This document shows positions 12,956 to 26,549 of a stretch of 64,000 bases of DNA, one piece after another; position 1 is the stretch's first letter, and each line of letters opens with the position of its first letter. A program made the position numbers and the translations under genes. The notes under the pieces are model-generated. The model worked only from the letters and a program-made list of their open reading frames with translations. It searched no databases and was not told the DNA's origin. Origin of the DNA: Hypanus sabinus (Eukaryota); assembly GCF_030144855.1 (NCBI RefSeq), contig NC_082710.1, positions 35,588,001-35,652,000 on the forward strand. The letters run 5' to 3'.

Positions 12956-14477
12956 AGAGAGAGGTCAGGATCTATGATATAGTGGTAGTAATCACAGGGA
13001 GTTGGATAGAGAGCTAATGGAGATCCAAGAGATTGTGTCCTCTTTCTATATTGTAGCTGTGTTCTAGCTGCTCAATGATTATGCTTTTTTAATTAATCAG
13101 AGGAAAAAAAGACAAAATTATAACAAAAGTTATACAAAAAAAGGAAGAATTATGAACAGAACTATAAAATTTTATGAGTTTACAGGTAAAATTATGTCAA
13201 AGACCTATCAATCTATTGTAGTTTAGTGATTTTGAACAGTTTCATTCAACACTGATTCTTTTTTTAAAAATGACTGACTGCATCATGCTCTTATGTTCTG
13301 AAAACTATGCCAACCATGCACTTGGCTTTAACAATTCTCAGATCAATGCCAATCACATGTTTATGCATACACAGTAGAAAATGATTGCAATAATGCAACC
13401 AGTATAACTTAAGCTAAATAAAGTCTTCTTACATACTATATGGCAAAAAATTACTTTAGATTTTGTCAGCCAAATGATAAAATAACTTATTTATTTGAAC
13501 ATTCATCACAATCCAAACACAAAAGTTTGCTAATCACCCTAAACTTGTGTACTCTTATCATTAGCTCTAAACCATTTACTCCAACACCTTAGGTAACTTA
13601 AGCATGGTTCCCAGATTCTCTTAAGCCTTCTCTGCTTTAAGCAGAGTACCTCCAGATTCTGTTTCTGGTCTGTGTAAACGTAATGCGTCCATTCATGTTC
13701 CACAGTTCTATACCCTGTCAAAAGCTTTCAACTATTTCCAAGGGTATGGTGCCCTGCCCAAAGCAAGCACTAACATTTTACATAAGTTTAGTTCAGTGCA
13801 TTGGTAAATCCAAATAGAATGTTTCCCACTTCTATGTTAATGGAAAAAATATTTCAACCCATCTGCACAAAGTATTCATATTTTAGTTAAAATCCTGCAA
13901 ACTAACAGGAAACATTATTTTCGATAAGTAAATGAAGTCTAAATTCACAGCCCAATATGTCCAAATGAAATTGCAATTCATCATCTTGACAGTGACGATG
14001 AACAGAAAACTTCTTGTAATGATGAACCAATTTATTTCTGCAATTCAGCCTTATGCTAACTATTATTTCTAAAAGATACCTTCTGGATAGCACATTTCCT
14101 TTTGAAAAACATATTTCTCTTGCTGAATGACATCATATAAATTTTAAAATATGCACATTGTAAACAGTTCAACAAATCTAAATACAAGGAATACTAAACA
14201 GGCTAGAAAGATAACCACGAACCACAATGAATTTTCCAACATTCTAATTTGAAACTCATATCAACTGTGAATCACTTCTGACGTGTATAAAATTCACATT
14301 TCACTTTCCTCACTGTTGAACGCACATTAGTTACATTTCATTGCTTTCATATAACCCTACTCCCGAAGACTTACAAGCTGATAGGTTAACTGACTGTGTA
14401 AATTGACCCAAGAATGTATGTGAGTGGTAGAATTTAGGGACAAAGGGAATATGGGCAAATTAAAACAGGATATGTAC

Positions 14478-14603
14478 AAACACGAGGAAATCTGCAGACG
14501 CTGGAAAGTCAAACAACACGCACAAAATCCTGGTGGAACGCAGCAGGCCAGGCAGCATCTATAGGAAAAATAACTGTCGACGTTTCGGGCCGAGACCCTT
14601 CGT
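14478..14603 (-). mobile_element. Penelope-like terminal repeat fragment inserted in a V-SINE remnant
   Basis: Minus strand acgaagggtctcggcccGAAACGTCgacag...tatagatgctgcctggcctgctgcgttccaccag...gcagatttcctcgtgttt; same family as 27796-27926. Confidence 0.8.
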
Positions 14604-17600
14604 TGTTAGAAGTTGGCACCAACTTGTTGGGCTAATAGTCTATGACTCCATAATTATTAAAAGCAAATAACATAAAACAAGCAACTGGTACCTGAAACGC
14701 CTGAAGTATTTGTTGTGTTAATATAAATGACACTACCATAAAAATACCAAAGGGCATCGACATTTATCAAAATTCAGCATTATACTCTTGTGTATGTGTC
14801 ACTAAATACTTTAATATGCTGCTGCCACAATACACAATTTTAGATAACTTTAGACACATTAGCAAGTAATGATGATGTGATAATAGGTTCAAAGCAACCA
14901 GAGATGGGTTTAGAAACAGCATATTCAATGAAAAGGACCCTTTTCTTGAATAGAACAACAAACATACCTAAGGTGAGATAAACAAATCTCTTATCATTTA
15001 ATTGAAATTTGTGCCTGATCACCTGCATGATATTCAGCTCCATTGTTTAACTAGGGGTAGAGTTTATTTAATAGTTACATTTAAAATACTGAGTGTAGAA
15101 CTTAACAGAAAATGGCCAGACACTTAAGAAAAGGATAGCATAAGAATTAAGTTGGAAAAAACATAACTGATAATTGATTTGTGCCTTTCTACCACAAAGC
15201 TGCAACACTGCAAGGATTTTCACTACGTGAATGGATTTCAGATGAGTCAGTAACAATAAACCTGATGTTGATCTGCTAATCACATTTAAAAGACACCATG
15301 AAAGGACAATAATTAACTTGCATTTTTTGAAGAATATTTAAACTACAAGTGTTATACAACATATCTGAAAGACCAACAAAATATGCTTTTGGGTTATTTT
15401 CAGAACAGTTATATCATTAAAATTGCAACTACAGTTCAAGTTTTAGAATCCATGTAATATGCTTTCTTAAAGATTTTATTTCAGCAACTTATTACTTTGA
15501 ATAGTTATAAACACAGCAATATAGAATTCTTGTTTACAAATCCATGCAAAATCTTCACTTGAAAACTTAGATGTCAAGTCAGACTGTGCTACTGGGCACT
15601 GCTCCTGTGATTTTAATGTCCTTCACTTGAACAAACTGGATACAGTTTAATGAAATCAAGCATTATTATTCTTCATATGGATGGGGATATTGTAATTACA
15701 AAACTCAAAGAATGTCAAGCACGTCAGTGATCTCACAAAGCCTAGTTTTCCACTATCCATGCACTATCTCCTCACTAAAGCCAATTCATAATCCAAGTGT
15801 ATGTCTGACAGCTAGTTTAAGCATGAAACATCAGCGTTCTACTGATACTTCATGTCATCTGCATATCTTTCCTTAGTGCTTTTGCACGATAAATAATCCA
15901 TGAGTAGAACTTCATGCCTCGATCTTAATTTGTGATTTATAGTCAAATTTTCCTAGTTATGTCTGTTGCTACTGTCCACACCATTTACATAGATTGATCT
16001 TGGAGATAGGTCATTATTACAGGAAAGTAGTAAGAAAATCTAACCACAATTTATCAACTATTTTGATTCTTATTTCAAGTAGGCTGCTGTGCAGAGGTTA
16101 TGCAACACTAAGGAAGGCTGTTTTCAATATGCTAATACCTTATATTCTTGCATTTAATACTGGTGATTTCCATTGGAGAAATACATTAGTCAATATTTTG
16201 CATTACAGCTTCTCTATGGTACTTAATCTTGACTGTATTCTAGCCTAGTAGAGATATCCTCTTTCCCTACCCTACTCCATTTATATTTTCTTTTGTAGCT
16301 AACAATGATAAAAGGTCACTGATCCAAACACAAATCATGGAAAAATTATATTTCAAGAAAACTGGACCATCCCAGATGGAGAAAATGAACAAACACAGCG
16401 AGAACTTCATTAATGTGATGAGAGTACCTTAAGCTACCCATTCAGGAAGTATTCCGAATCTTATCCATTCTCCGAGTGATTTTTATTTTCATTTCAACTC
16501 TGACCTTTTATCAATTATTTCAAATTAATGCTCTCTGATTTTCAATTCCTAGGAGAATAGGTTCTTTCTATTTAAGCATATCAATTTTTCACACCTCAAT
16601 GTACTCAATCTTTCCTCTTCACTAAAATTTTCCAATGTTGGCAATACCCTTATGAATCTTCAGTGATCCTCTCTAGGGTACTGATATCCTATCAGCAATT
16701 TGGCGATTATGATACTGCACAAGTCTCAAGCTGTGGCCTAAATAGCATATGAACAATTCCAGGATAATCTCTGTACTTTTAAATTATGCGATTTTGCTAA
16801 TAAAAAACACCAGATGATAATTTTCAACTATTTCTTTGACCTGTTCTGATAACTTTTCAGGATCTGTCAATACTTATTTCAAATCTGCTTCGCCAAGAGT
16901 CCTATTTAGTATTTTCTTTCCATGCTATACCTCACCAAATGCAAAATCTCAAACATCCCCAAATTATGTTCAATTTGCAACATTCCTCCCTAACTTCACT
17001 CCATTTTTATCTGAGCAGTGTTGCTCCGTCCATAAATGGTGTCTGATCATTGTGTTTCTATCATTTTCTACCTTTTTCTCTCTCCAATTTCTTGCAGTTT
17101 CAAATTCAATGTTCATAATTTTGATGGGAGCACTAGCACCCTGGAACTATTAGTTCAGATTGAGTCATTCAATTTTAAAATATATAAATTTGAACATATT
17201 CTCAGCATTACAGACTCAATATTTAAAATCAATGCTATTTAAGCAATTTTATTAGATTTAGTTTGCATAGTTTTAGTGCATGCAAAAATACTTATTTTGA
17301 CTTCTCTAAATAGCTCTTTTCATAGCTAGTTAATATTATTTTCCAGTGTATGGTGGAATGGTAATGGAGTATATGCAAAATCTCATTTCACAAGACATCA
17401 GTTTATTGTAATGGATACTATTAAGGCAGAATATTAAAATTAATTTATTTCAAAATCTTTCCCTGATTTCTCATCTCCAAATGTACTATTTTACTGACAG
17501 GAATTTTGCATTGAATTACCTGTCTCCTTTTGCTAATTTCCATAACATACAGTATGTGTAAAGGAATTTTTTGGAGAATTGATGGGATCCATTAACTGTG

Positions 17601-18649
17601 GAATCTATAGCAAAAGGAGAATTGTCTAATAATCAGAGCCAGGCCTTTTGGGACTAAAGCTTAAACAAACACTAATATGCAGTCACAGGCAGAATCTGGA
17701 AAAGTCTCCCACAAACCATAATTGATGCTCAGTCAATTATAAAGTTGAGATTGATACGTTCTTAATAACATGATTGTAAAGGGTAAAAGATAAACACATT
17801 TATAGTTTTGGTCACAAGTGAGCCATAATCTAAATGGCAGATCATGGTCAAATGGCCAAATTTGGCTATGGTACTCCTGAAAGATTTTATTGTGTCAAGT
17901 ATCAGTTATTGGTATTTTTAGAAATTAAAGGAGCTCTATGACAAAAGTGCAGAAGTGCCCTAATTTTGAAATTTGATTTGAGAAGCATTCTAATAAAAGG
18001 CAGATTTGTGGTGAATGAGTACCAGAGATATTAATGCTAACAGATTAAAACACAGTCAATCAGTACTGTCATTTATTTCTCATACACTGTGTAAACACTA
18101 CAAAGCATAAGTAAAATATTACCAAAGCCTGAAAGATTAAAAAAGCAAAGAAACAATTGAAAATTATATATTTTATTTTTAAAACAGTTCAGTTATAAAA
18201 CAATTATTTTAGATAACGCTGGATCACCTAATTTGGCAGAGTTGTGCACTGAAATTATAATTTATAAAATAAAGAAAAAGTTAATTATTCTAAGATCCCC
18301 AGCCACAATAAAATTGAGCAGATGGGCATTAATTATCAGTTACAAATTGGCTTAAGCTCTATCCTAAAACTGCATTAACGACAGAGGTGATACAAACACG
18401 AATAGGGCTATACATAGGTGACACGAAGAATCACAAGGATGTTCCTTCAATTTGAACCAAGACTTTGTAATGGTGTTCTCTGCCTTTCCATTCCGCGAAA
18501 AAAAGCTAGTATTTCTTAAGTTTAGATAGCCAATCGGTGAAATTACATTTAACCGTGGTACCAATTGCCCATACACCAATAAATATGTTATGCTATGAGG
18601 AAGCCCACCACTGAAACCAAATAATTACTACATTCTTTTCTGAAAAAGG

Positions 18650-19270
18650 GAAGACTCGGGACAAATGTTCAGATCATTAACAATCTCCGAGTAACCAGCG
18701 GTTAAAGACCTGCCGGTGCCAATGTCAGTATGGCCTTGCGACCGGCTACCCACTTCACCTCCTCTACCCCGGAGCTCAGGCCCGAGTTGGATTCGTGTCT
18801 TACCCACCCTCTCTCTGTCGGTTGCCGGCTGTTTTGTTTTCAAGTTTACCTATAATATCTAAAAGCATTAATGATTTTCCAGAAATGCTCTTTCTCCAGC
18901 CGTTCCTCCTCGTCCTCTTGCTCCTTTGCCTCTTTTTCTTCCATGGGGCAGAGACGGTCCCGCTCGTTCTCCATCGCTTCCCCCCCACCGGCAGCGTAAC
19001 GACGCCTTCACAACCACGCCGCGAAAACGGCGGCACAAACGTCATACGCTCGCCACAGCGACACCCGCCTACTCGGAGGATGCACCACTACGTCCAGCGC
19101 TGAGGAAGCGGCAAATCTGGGCGAAACAGCGACACCTGCCGGCCAGGAGGATCACTGAGCAATTCCCGAGATCGCACGGAACACGGAGAACGGGAGGATG
19201 GACCTGTCGAAATGCTCTCATTTTGGGTCAAAAACTTATTTATATATCAGACGTTTCCTGCTGTGACGTT
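18650..19270. promoter_or_regulatory. CpG-island promoter of CARNMT1
   Basis: Sharp GC/CpG enrichment over exon 1 against an AT-rich, CpG-poor background; partial CRE/ATF-like sites (TGACGT) near 19039 and 19264. Confidence 0.8.
18850..18974 (-). CDS. CARNMT1: CARNMT1 coding exon 1
   Basis: gcgATGg start with an in-frame TGA upstream at 19008-19010; MENERDRLCPMEEKEAKEQEDEEERLEKEHFWKIINAFRYY; donor ag|gtaaac; phase 2 joins exon 2. Confidence 0.93.
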
Positions 19271-20024
19271 GAAATAAGTATTAACAATTAGATCTTTGGT
19301 GCTACAAATGGACTTTTGAATTATTTCTGAAATAACATTAATTCCGAAGTTCTTCAGAAAAATTCCGGGTAACAGTAAATAGTAAATTCACTGCAAATGG
19401 TAAAATCAATTTTTAGAGGGTTCAACAGGATTATGGAACAATAACCCAGTAAGCAGCAGCAAATACAGATTATATAAATACAGACCAAGCAATCTCCTTG
19501 ATTTTAATTAACTTAATCGTGGTGGACCCTGTAGTTTATTATGTTTATACTAAGAGGCATTTGATGAAGCTCAACACTATTAATATTGGCATACAAAGAG
19601 AAATTTACTTATGAATAAAAACAATAGGATTACTGTCAGGAGACTTACTCTTGGAACAGCTATTGTTTCTAATTTACATCAATTATTTCGATTCAGATCA
19701 GTTATCTAGATAAAAAGTGCAGTGAAGTTAGAGGACGCAGACAAGAAACTCCACTCCTTGGAATGCACGAAAATTCATTTCTGTCCTCTGGGATTCTTTG
19801 CTTAGTTTAAACTATGGATTAATAATACAGAAACCTTAATTAACAAATTGGAGATGGGAGTTCAAATCACACTACACCATGGTTAATAATCTGGAATTTC
19901 CTTATACTTTTTTTTTTACACAATTATTTTTTAAAATATTTAAAAATATATAATAAGTATTAAAAATAATAGTGCCAAATTGCCTGACTATTGTAAGGAT
20001 ACATTTGATTGAGCACAAAAACGG

Positions 20025-20470
20025 ATGGGGCGTCCAGGGAGGGGTAGTACTGTTGAGGGGGCTTATCGTGTCCATTCCAGGGCAGCTCACTCACCTTTGG
20101 ATCACACTCAATTCTCACCCATGGCTCCAAGGGACAGCGGCCACAGCCCGGTACACTGCTTCCACAGGCAAGCGAAACTAGGTATGGGTAGCCGATGGCC
20201 TTGTGTCCTGGTGAGATTGGGACATTCCACGTTCCAGCATTGAAGTCAGCTCCAGTGTAGCGGGCGGATGAGATTTAGAGTGAAAACCAACTGCTGGGAA
20301 GGCTGCACTGCAACACTCAGTGAAGAGCAAAGGGTATGACAAGGCACGGAAGACGTCATGATTCACTTCCAGCAAGGACGCTTATTCGTACTACTGGACT
20401 TGGATTTCTGAGGTCGAGAGTGGAATTGCCCCAGTGCAACAGCTTTTCCACTTTAAATGCTCTCCCACAC
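20025..20470 (+). repeat. Unclassified GC-rich interspersed repeat, possibly a LINE 5' region or non-autonomous derivative
   Basis: Abrupt composition shift; no convincing ORF; classification is inference only. Confidence 0.35.
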
Positions 20471-22174
20471 AGATTTCCTCTCATTGTCGGTTACCCACCA
20501 AAACAAGCTTTTCAAATCGTATCTGAATCGTTGTGTTAAGACAGAAATAAGCTCGGCAGAATGCCTGGCACCAGACGAGGCACCAAATTCAGGAACAGTA
20601 AAGCTGGTCCCAGCCCAGCCAACCTTGCGTTCTTTCACACAAGCATCCAAGTGTTAGTGTCTAAATTGGGAGAAATATCCTATGGACTAGTAAAGCAATA
20701 ACGTCACCCGATTGCATCAGAATCATACTTCACAGGTAACATGCTAGGCTTCTCCATTACAACAATGCTTAGGTCCTGTCTCACAGCACAAGTGATGGAA
20801 TGGTGGTGTAGCACTGAGAATCTTCAATGACTTACAACATGTCAAAAATGGGCCAGGGTATCAGCACTTTGTCAGCGAACATTTTCCCTCAATGCACTCT
20901 AAGTAGGGAGGTGCTGGCATGCCTCCTTTGTGTTTTCATCTGTGTGCTGCACTCAAGACAGGTCATCCAAGATGTAAATGCCTAAGAATTTGAAACTACT
21001 TGCTCTCTTCACCCAGCATTATATACATGTCACTATCATTGTGCTAAAAGGTGTGAAAGTTCAAAGCTGGCATCCAGAAGCTTGTGTATGACCAACACAT
21101 CACCAGCAGCAATAATGGATATACCACCATTTGTATCTCATAGTTCTGCTGATACCTCAGTGTATCACATTTCTACATTACGCCAGGGGATTGATGCTGG
21201 CTTAATGAGCAGACAGGGATATAGGAGGACCTGTATCAAATGTGGCACACTTCTGAAGCTGTAAGACAAGATAATGTGAATGCTCACTCAACAGCAAAAA
21301 CAGATAGTTAAGTAATCCACCAACCAACAGTTCTACCAAAGCTTTGCAGTCCTACCAAACTGACTGGTGTACAATTTCATGCTACATTCAGAAGCAGGAT
21401 GCCCAAACTGATTGCATGGAATTCAATTCTAGTCATAACTCCTTAGAAAACAAAGCAGCCCATGTACTCTTTTTGTTATTGAAACACAACTGAAATGTTT
21501 TTTAAAATCATAAAATGATAAACACATTCACCATTTCCATGTTGTTCGGTGTTATTTTAGAAATGACTGGATGCTTGAAGAGGACATCATTTTCTACAAA
21601 ACATTTCTTTTGGAGTAAGGCAAGGGAACATGGCTCATATTCCTCTGGCACACCCAGGACATAAGTTTTATCATACTGCTACTAAAATAGCATGCTGACA
21701 AGGTAGATAAATGACCTAACTTTAACTTGAGGCCCTGGTCCACGCTACCAACTCTAGTTTTGTACTATACAGATCAGCATTGTTAAAAATAGCAGTCCCT
21801 GATCTTCCCAGCTATTCAATGGACATTCCCAACCCCTACCCCCAACTCACTCATTGGCCTGCCCTCAATTTCCTCAGCCCTACCTCTTGCCTTCCTCATT
21901 GCTGATTCCAATTTCCACCCCAAATGCTGTTACTTGTCTCCAATTTTAATATCCCATGGCTATGCAAATACATGTCTTTCACTCATCCATTCTCTACATC
22001 TTTGAACTTACAATCTCATTTCTCTTTTCCTCCTTACCTCCTGACACACTAGTTTTGCAATCCCAATATCCCCTCTCCTTGTACTTTCTTCTGATTTTCT
22101 GGGCTTCATGCTTCCATTACTCCAGCCATAGCAATGGCCCAAATGAGCTTATGAAATCCTCTCCAGAAAGAACC

Positions 22175-22612
22175 TGTCCGGATGCTGGAGCAGGATTCAA
22201 TTGCAGACCCAGTACTGTGTACACAGTGATACTGAGTAACAAATCCAAAGGTGCATCAAAGTTCAGGCAGAGATCAAAACATCCAGAGAAATCCAAAAAA
22301 CCAGAATCAGGAAACAGATAGAGTACAGTTACAAATGCTGGAAAGGTTTTAAAAAAATCAATGGCACAATCTGGCAACAAACAGCTTAAAACACAGGACT
22401 GAAATACACTGAGCAATAAACAGAGAGGCAGCTGATGGTGGAGCACAATGAGACACAGGTGGCAGCAATACAGGTAATAATGAGAAGTAGATGAGATGGA
22501 GTACTCTGTAATACAGGGGCCGGAGAAGAGCAGGTGCACAGCAATACAAAACCACAGACTGACAGCGAGGGGGAAACATACAAAAAGACAAGAGTTCAAC
22601 TGGAGGTTGACA
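22175..22612 (-). mobile_element. Probable solo LTR (Gypsy-type)
   Basis: 438 bp bounded by TGTC...GACA; strand-skewed LTR-like composition; flanks gaacc/taagc match only 3 of 5. Confidence 0.5.
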
Positions 22613-23489
22613 TAAGCCTAGGTAGTACAGCTGCATTATGGGCTAAAATGTCTTGGTCAGTGTTTGTACAAATTTATTAATATAATATGCAGAAATCAAA
22701 ATTGGGATTGAGTAAAGATAGGTTCTGTAATCTTTATTAAATCTGTTTTTAAGATTTGCAATTTATAGCAATCACAGTTAAATACCATCTTGTAAGTTAA
22801 CTCACACATTCTTCACAGTGGTATTCAATAACCATTTGTAATTTCAACTAAACATTAACAAAGACAATAAGGTCAATGTGGACTTTGCTTTGACTAATAA
22901 TTTTTGTACTCTGCCAAAAATTGTCTTGTAGCTACCATAGTGTTGTAAATAGAATATGAGAAGTTATAAAGTTTGTGCTACATGGCCAGTAAAGTTTGTG
23001 CTACATGACTGCAGACTTAGCTTACCTAATTGTAGTATACTCAAAAATTTTAATAGAGCCGATATCAGAATAGGAACAATAAATAAACTGTCATTGTGAT
23101 AAGGCACAATGTACAATATAAATGTATTTTTTATCTGGGCCTTTGAGGAGCAGTTAGAGATTGAAATAGTGGAGAAGAAAATTAAACCTGAGTAATGATT
23201 AAGCTGTGTTTTATTTTGGATAGTATAGACAAATCAATGCTAAAATATACCATCAGACAAAGCTTAATCATGAGTACAAAAATGTACAGAGAGGTGTAAT
23301 TGAATCAAATGTGAGTATAGAACTGGGAGAGATACAAAAGACAGGCTATAATGGTGGTGGGAAAGAAAATCCAATAGAAAAGAAAAATAAAGTAGGTTTG
23401 GGATAGGTTAAAACATGAAATTAAAAAGATATAGACTGGGAAATAGGTGAGTGAAAGGAAAGATGTTCTGATGAACAGAAAGGGAATAA

Positions 23490-23720
23490 ATTGTAAGATA
23501 TAGCAGCAGAATTAGATCATTTGGTTCACTGAGCTGCTCTACCATTTGATCGTAGCTGATTTATATTCCCTCTCTACTCCATTCTCCCCATAATCTTTGA
23601 TACCCTCACTATCCAAGAACCTGTCAACCTCCACTTTAAATATACCCAGTAACTTGTCCTCCACTGCCAACTGTGGTAATGAATTCTGGCCAAATAAATT
23701 CCTCCTGTTCTAAAGGGAGT
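23490..23720 (-). mobile_element. CR1 3' fragment
   Basis: agatatagcagcagaattagatcatttgg tail and ctccccataatctttgataccc. Confidence 0.65.
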
Positions 23721-23884
23721 TAAAGGAGTATGATAGATATGTTGATTATCAACTGTGATGGAAATAAGGAGAACGGAAAGTGGAGTTGGTGCATAAATAA
23801 TTACACCTGTGTGGAGCAAAGATTATTACTTACTTTAAATATAGTATAATTTATGTTTGGTTCTTAGGTTGTCATATACAGGAG

Positions 23885-24340
23885 GGCAGTGTGGGTGTAA
23901 TGGGGATAAACTCCCATTACCTATTAAATGCTCTCAACTCAAATAGCTATGGACAACCAAGTCCAGTTCCTAGCTTTCATGTATGGCTTAGCTACTAAGC
24001 CTCATGGAACTCCTTCTACTGGCAGGAGAAGTAGCAAAAGTGGGTTACTGGTGCCTTAAAACCAGTCACTACAGGCAGATGGTTGGCAGCTCAACTAAGA
24101 TAAGGAAAACTCTGATCTCAAACCTCCACTGCCTTGTGGCTACACCCTCTCATGGGAAGTCTTAGTGTTGGTGCCAAACTGTATTGGTCTTTGCCGCTCC
24201 CTTTGGATTCATCAGCTGTGTGGAGAGGGATAGCCTACTGCATGGGCAACAGCTTGTTCTCTTACATACTAGCTTACAAATCACGTAGGCTGCTAGCATG
24301 CAATACCCACGGTCAACCTCAGCCAACTAAGGGCCTCACA
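23885..24340 (+). mobile_element. Non-autonomous RTE/Vingi-like retroelement (5'-UTR-type sequence)
   Basis: Contains aaggaaaactctgatctcaaacctcc and ggcttagctactaagcc, motifs resembling RTE-group 5' regions; family call is inference. Confidence 0.4.
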
Positions 24341-26549
24341 ATTTATGCTTGCAGTAAAGCATTGATACTTATATTTAAAATGATCATGCGAGAACTTGCA
24401 GCATTACAGGTGCTCAGCTGAGAAAAATAATTGTTTTCAGAGGAGAGTGATCTGAAAAACAAAACCTAAGCTTTGTAGAATATACAACTCTGTGGACTGG
24501 TTGTGCACCACACTGCAGCCAGAAACTTGGTGTGAGTCAGTAATAGGACTAGTATGTCACTGTATTGGAGGGAAATTTGAATTAATCTTTATTGATTCAC
24601 CTTTTGAGATCTGTACCTTATTGATATCCATACTTGCCCTTGAGAAGTAGAGATAAGTTGCAATTTTGAATCACTGTCACGTAAGGACATTCCAAAATTG
24701 AGACATGATGAAAGAATATTTTGAGTTAGGGAAGTGCAATTTGGATGGAAATTACATGTAATGGTATTCTCATTAACTTATTGCTCTTTTCCTTTTTGGG
24801 GTTAAATATTACAGATTGGTACGATGCTCTTAGAGAAGGCAACGTTAATAGCTGGAGTGGATTTTACAGATGATATACACTGCAGCTTATGTATGCCAGT
24901 AATGGAGGGAATTTTTAGGGCATTTGTTATTAAAGTGGGCTACCTTGTTCTGGATGGTATCAAACCCGATGAGAGTTGTGGAGATACAGATTCTAGGCAA
25001 GTGGATGTATGCCCTGTTAACAGTGGAGAAGTTTCTGGGTATCAGGAGATGAATCACTCAGCACAAGATACCCGGTTTCTGAGTTGCTCATGCAGTTATG
25101 GGATTTATTTGACTTGTTAAGCTGAGTTTCTGATCAAAGTCAATGGTAGTGCACTCAAGAGTGCAACTCTACAGCAAGTCCTAGTATGCTTCCTCGTTGG
25201 AGATCAATACTGCTTGGCATTTTTGTGGGATCAGAACATTTCGAACCGGGCTTCAGTAGGATTGTCAGTCAGCACCAGAATTGTGATTACATTAGTGCAA
25301 AAAATTACAGAAGAAAGTGGAAGTGGTTGAGGTAGATACAGCAACAACATACAAAGTACATTTGGACATCTCCATGGAGGGATATGGACCATGTATAGCA
25401 AAAGGAAATAGCTTAGATGGATGTTTTGGTGGGCATGGAGAAATTGTGGTGGAGTCTGTTTCCATGCTATATTACTCAAAATAAAATAGAATTTATACAA
25501 ATTCCCTCTAAAGATAAAGCTAACAGGTGTTGCTTAACTGGTGAAATTACATGACATTCCTAGATCAAGACTGAAGAAAGAAACATCACATTAATCTATT
25601 CCACCAAGTCCTAATAAGCTGGGAACTGGACACACATATTAATATATTATCATTTGGTGTACAAGTCTAAAAATGATAAAAGCTAGAGAATTACCATGAC
25701 AGAATAACAAGATAAAACATTACTTAAGATATGTGAAGACCGGAATTAAGCTTTTGGAGATAGAAAGTAAGTCAGTGTAGGCAAGATAATCAATTATTAG
25801 GTTGTTTCTAAACTTGGTTATCCACATTCCAATGTAGTCCATGCATTTTCATTTGACTTTTTTCTGGTGAAGTTAGTTTCATGCTGAAAGCCTTTCTTCA
25901 CTGGAGTTGTCAACTGTCTTTAAGAGATGACCATTACAGAAAATTATCCACATTCAATGAATAACAGAAAGGATATGATATTCAAAAACAGAAAATTAGC
26001 ATTATATCAAAATGAAGTATAGCTGAAGGCAAGATAGTTACATAGGTGGACACTTTTATTCAGTGCAATGAGAATAAAAAAATGTATATGGAATATCACT
26101 TGTTGACAAAATTGATGGGAATATCAACCTGGAAGTGATATCCAACAATGATGCATACTATTATGATACTATTATCATATTAGTATGATGCACACTTGAG
26201 TGCTTCTCAAGTCTGTGTGGGTATAAAAGAATACCACACTTCAAAATGAAAACAGGATTGACGATGGTGAATCAATTTCCTTAATTCAGGGAAGAATAAA
26301 TTGCTATGGTGCAAAGATGTATTTGATGTTTCTTTTAAATAATTATCTGATTAGTGCACTGCCTAAATTGCCTCTATTGTGAAGCTGAAGTTGTCCTAAA
26401 TTTCAGTCCATGGAGAACTCTGTATACTTCCCTCTAGTGGATGAAAGAAATGTTCACAATTGGTCTGTTTTCCACTTCTTTGCTAACTTTGCATCAAATT
26501 AGAAATGCCCTCTTGTTGCCACGGAATTTAATTCTGGAATATCTATCAT

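Noticed and set aside
18795-19291. Plus-strand ORFs (102 and 121 aa) over the CARNMT1 promoter as a divergent gene
   Set aside because: They are antisense shadows of GC-rich exon 1, with no recognisable domain or splice structure
22117-22636. Cys/Leu-rich hydrophobic ORFs as membrane proteins
   Set aside because: They are a by-product of TC/TG-rich LTR-like sequence open in several frames
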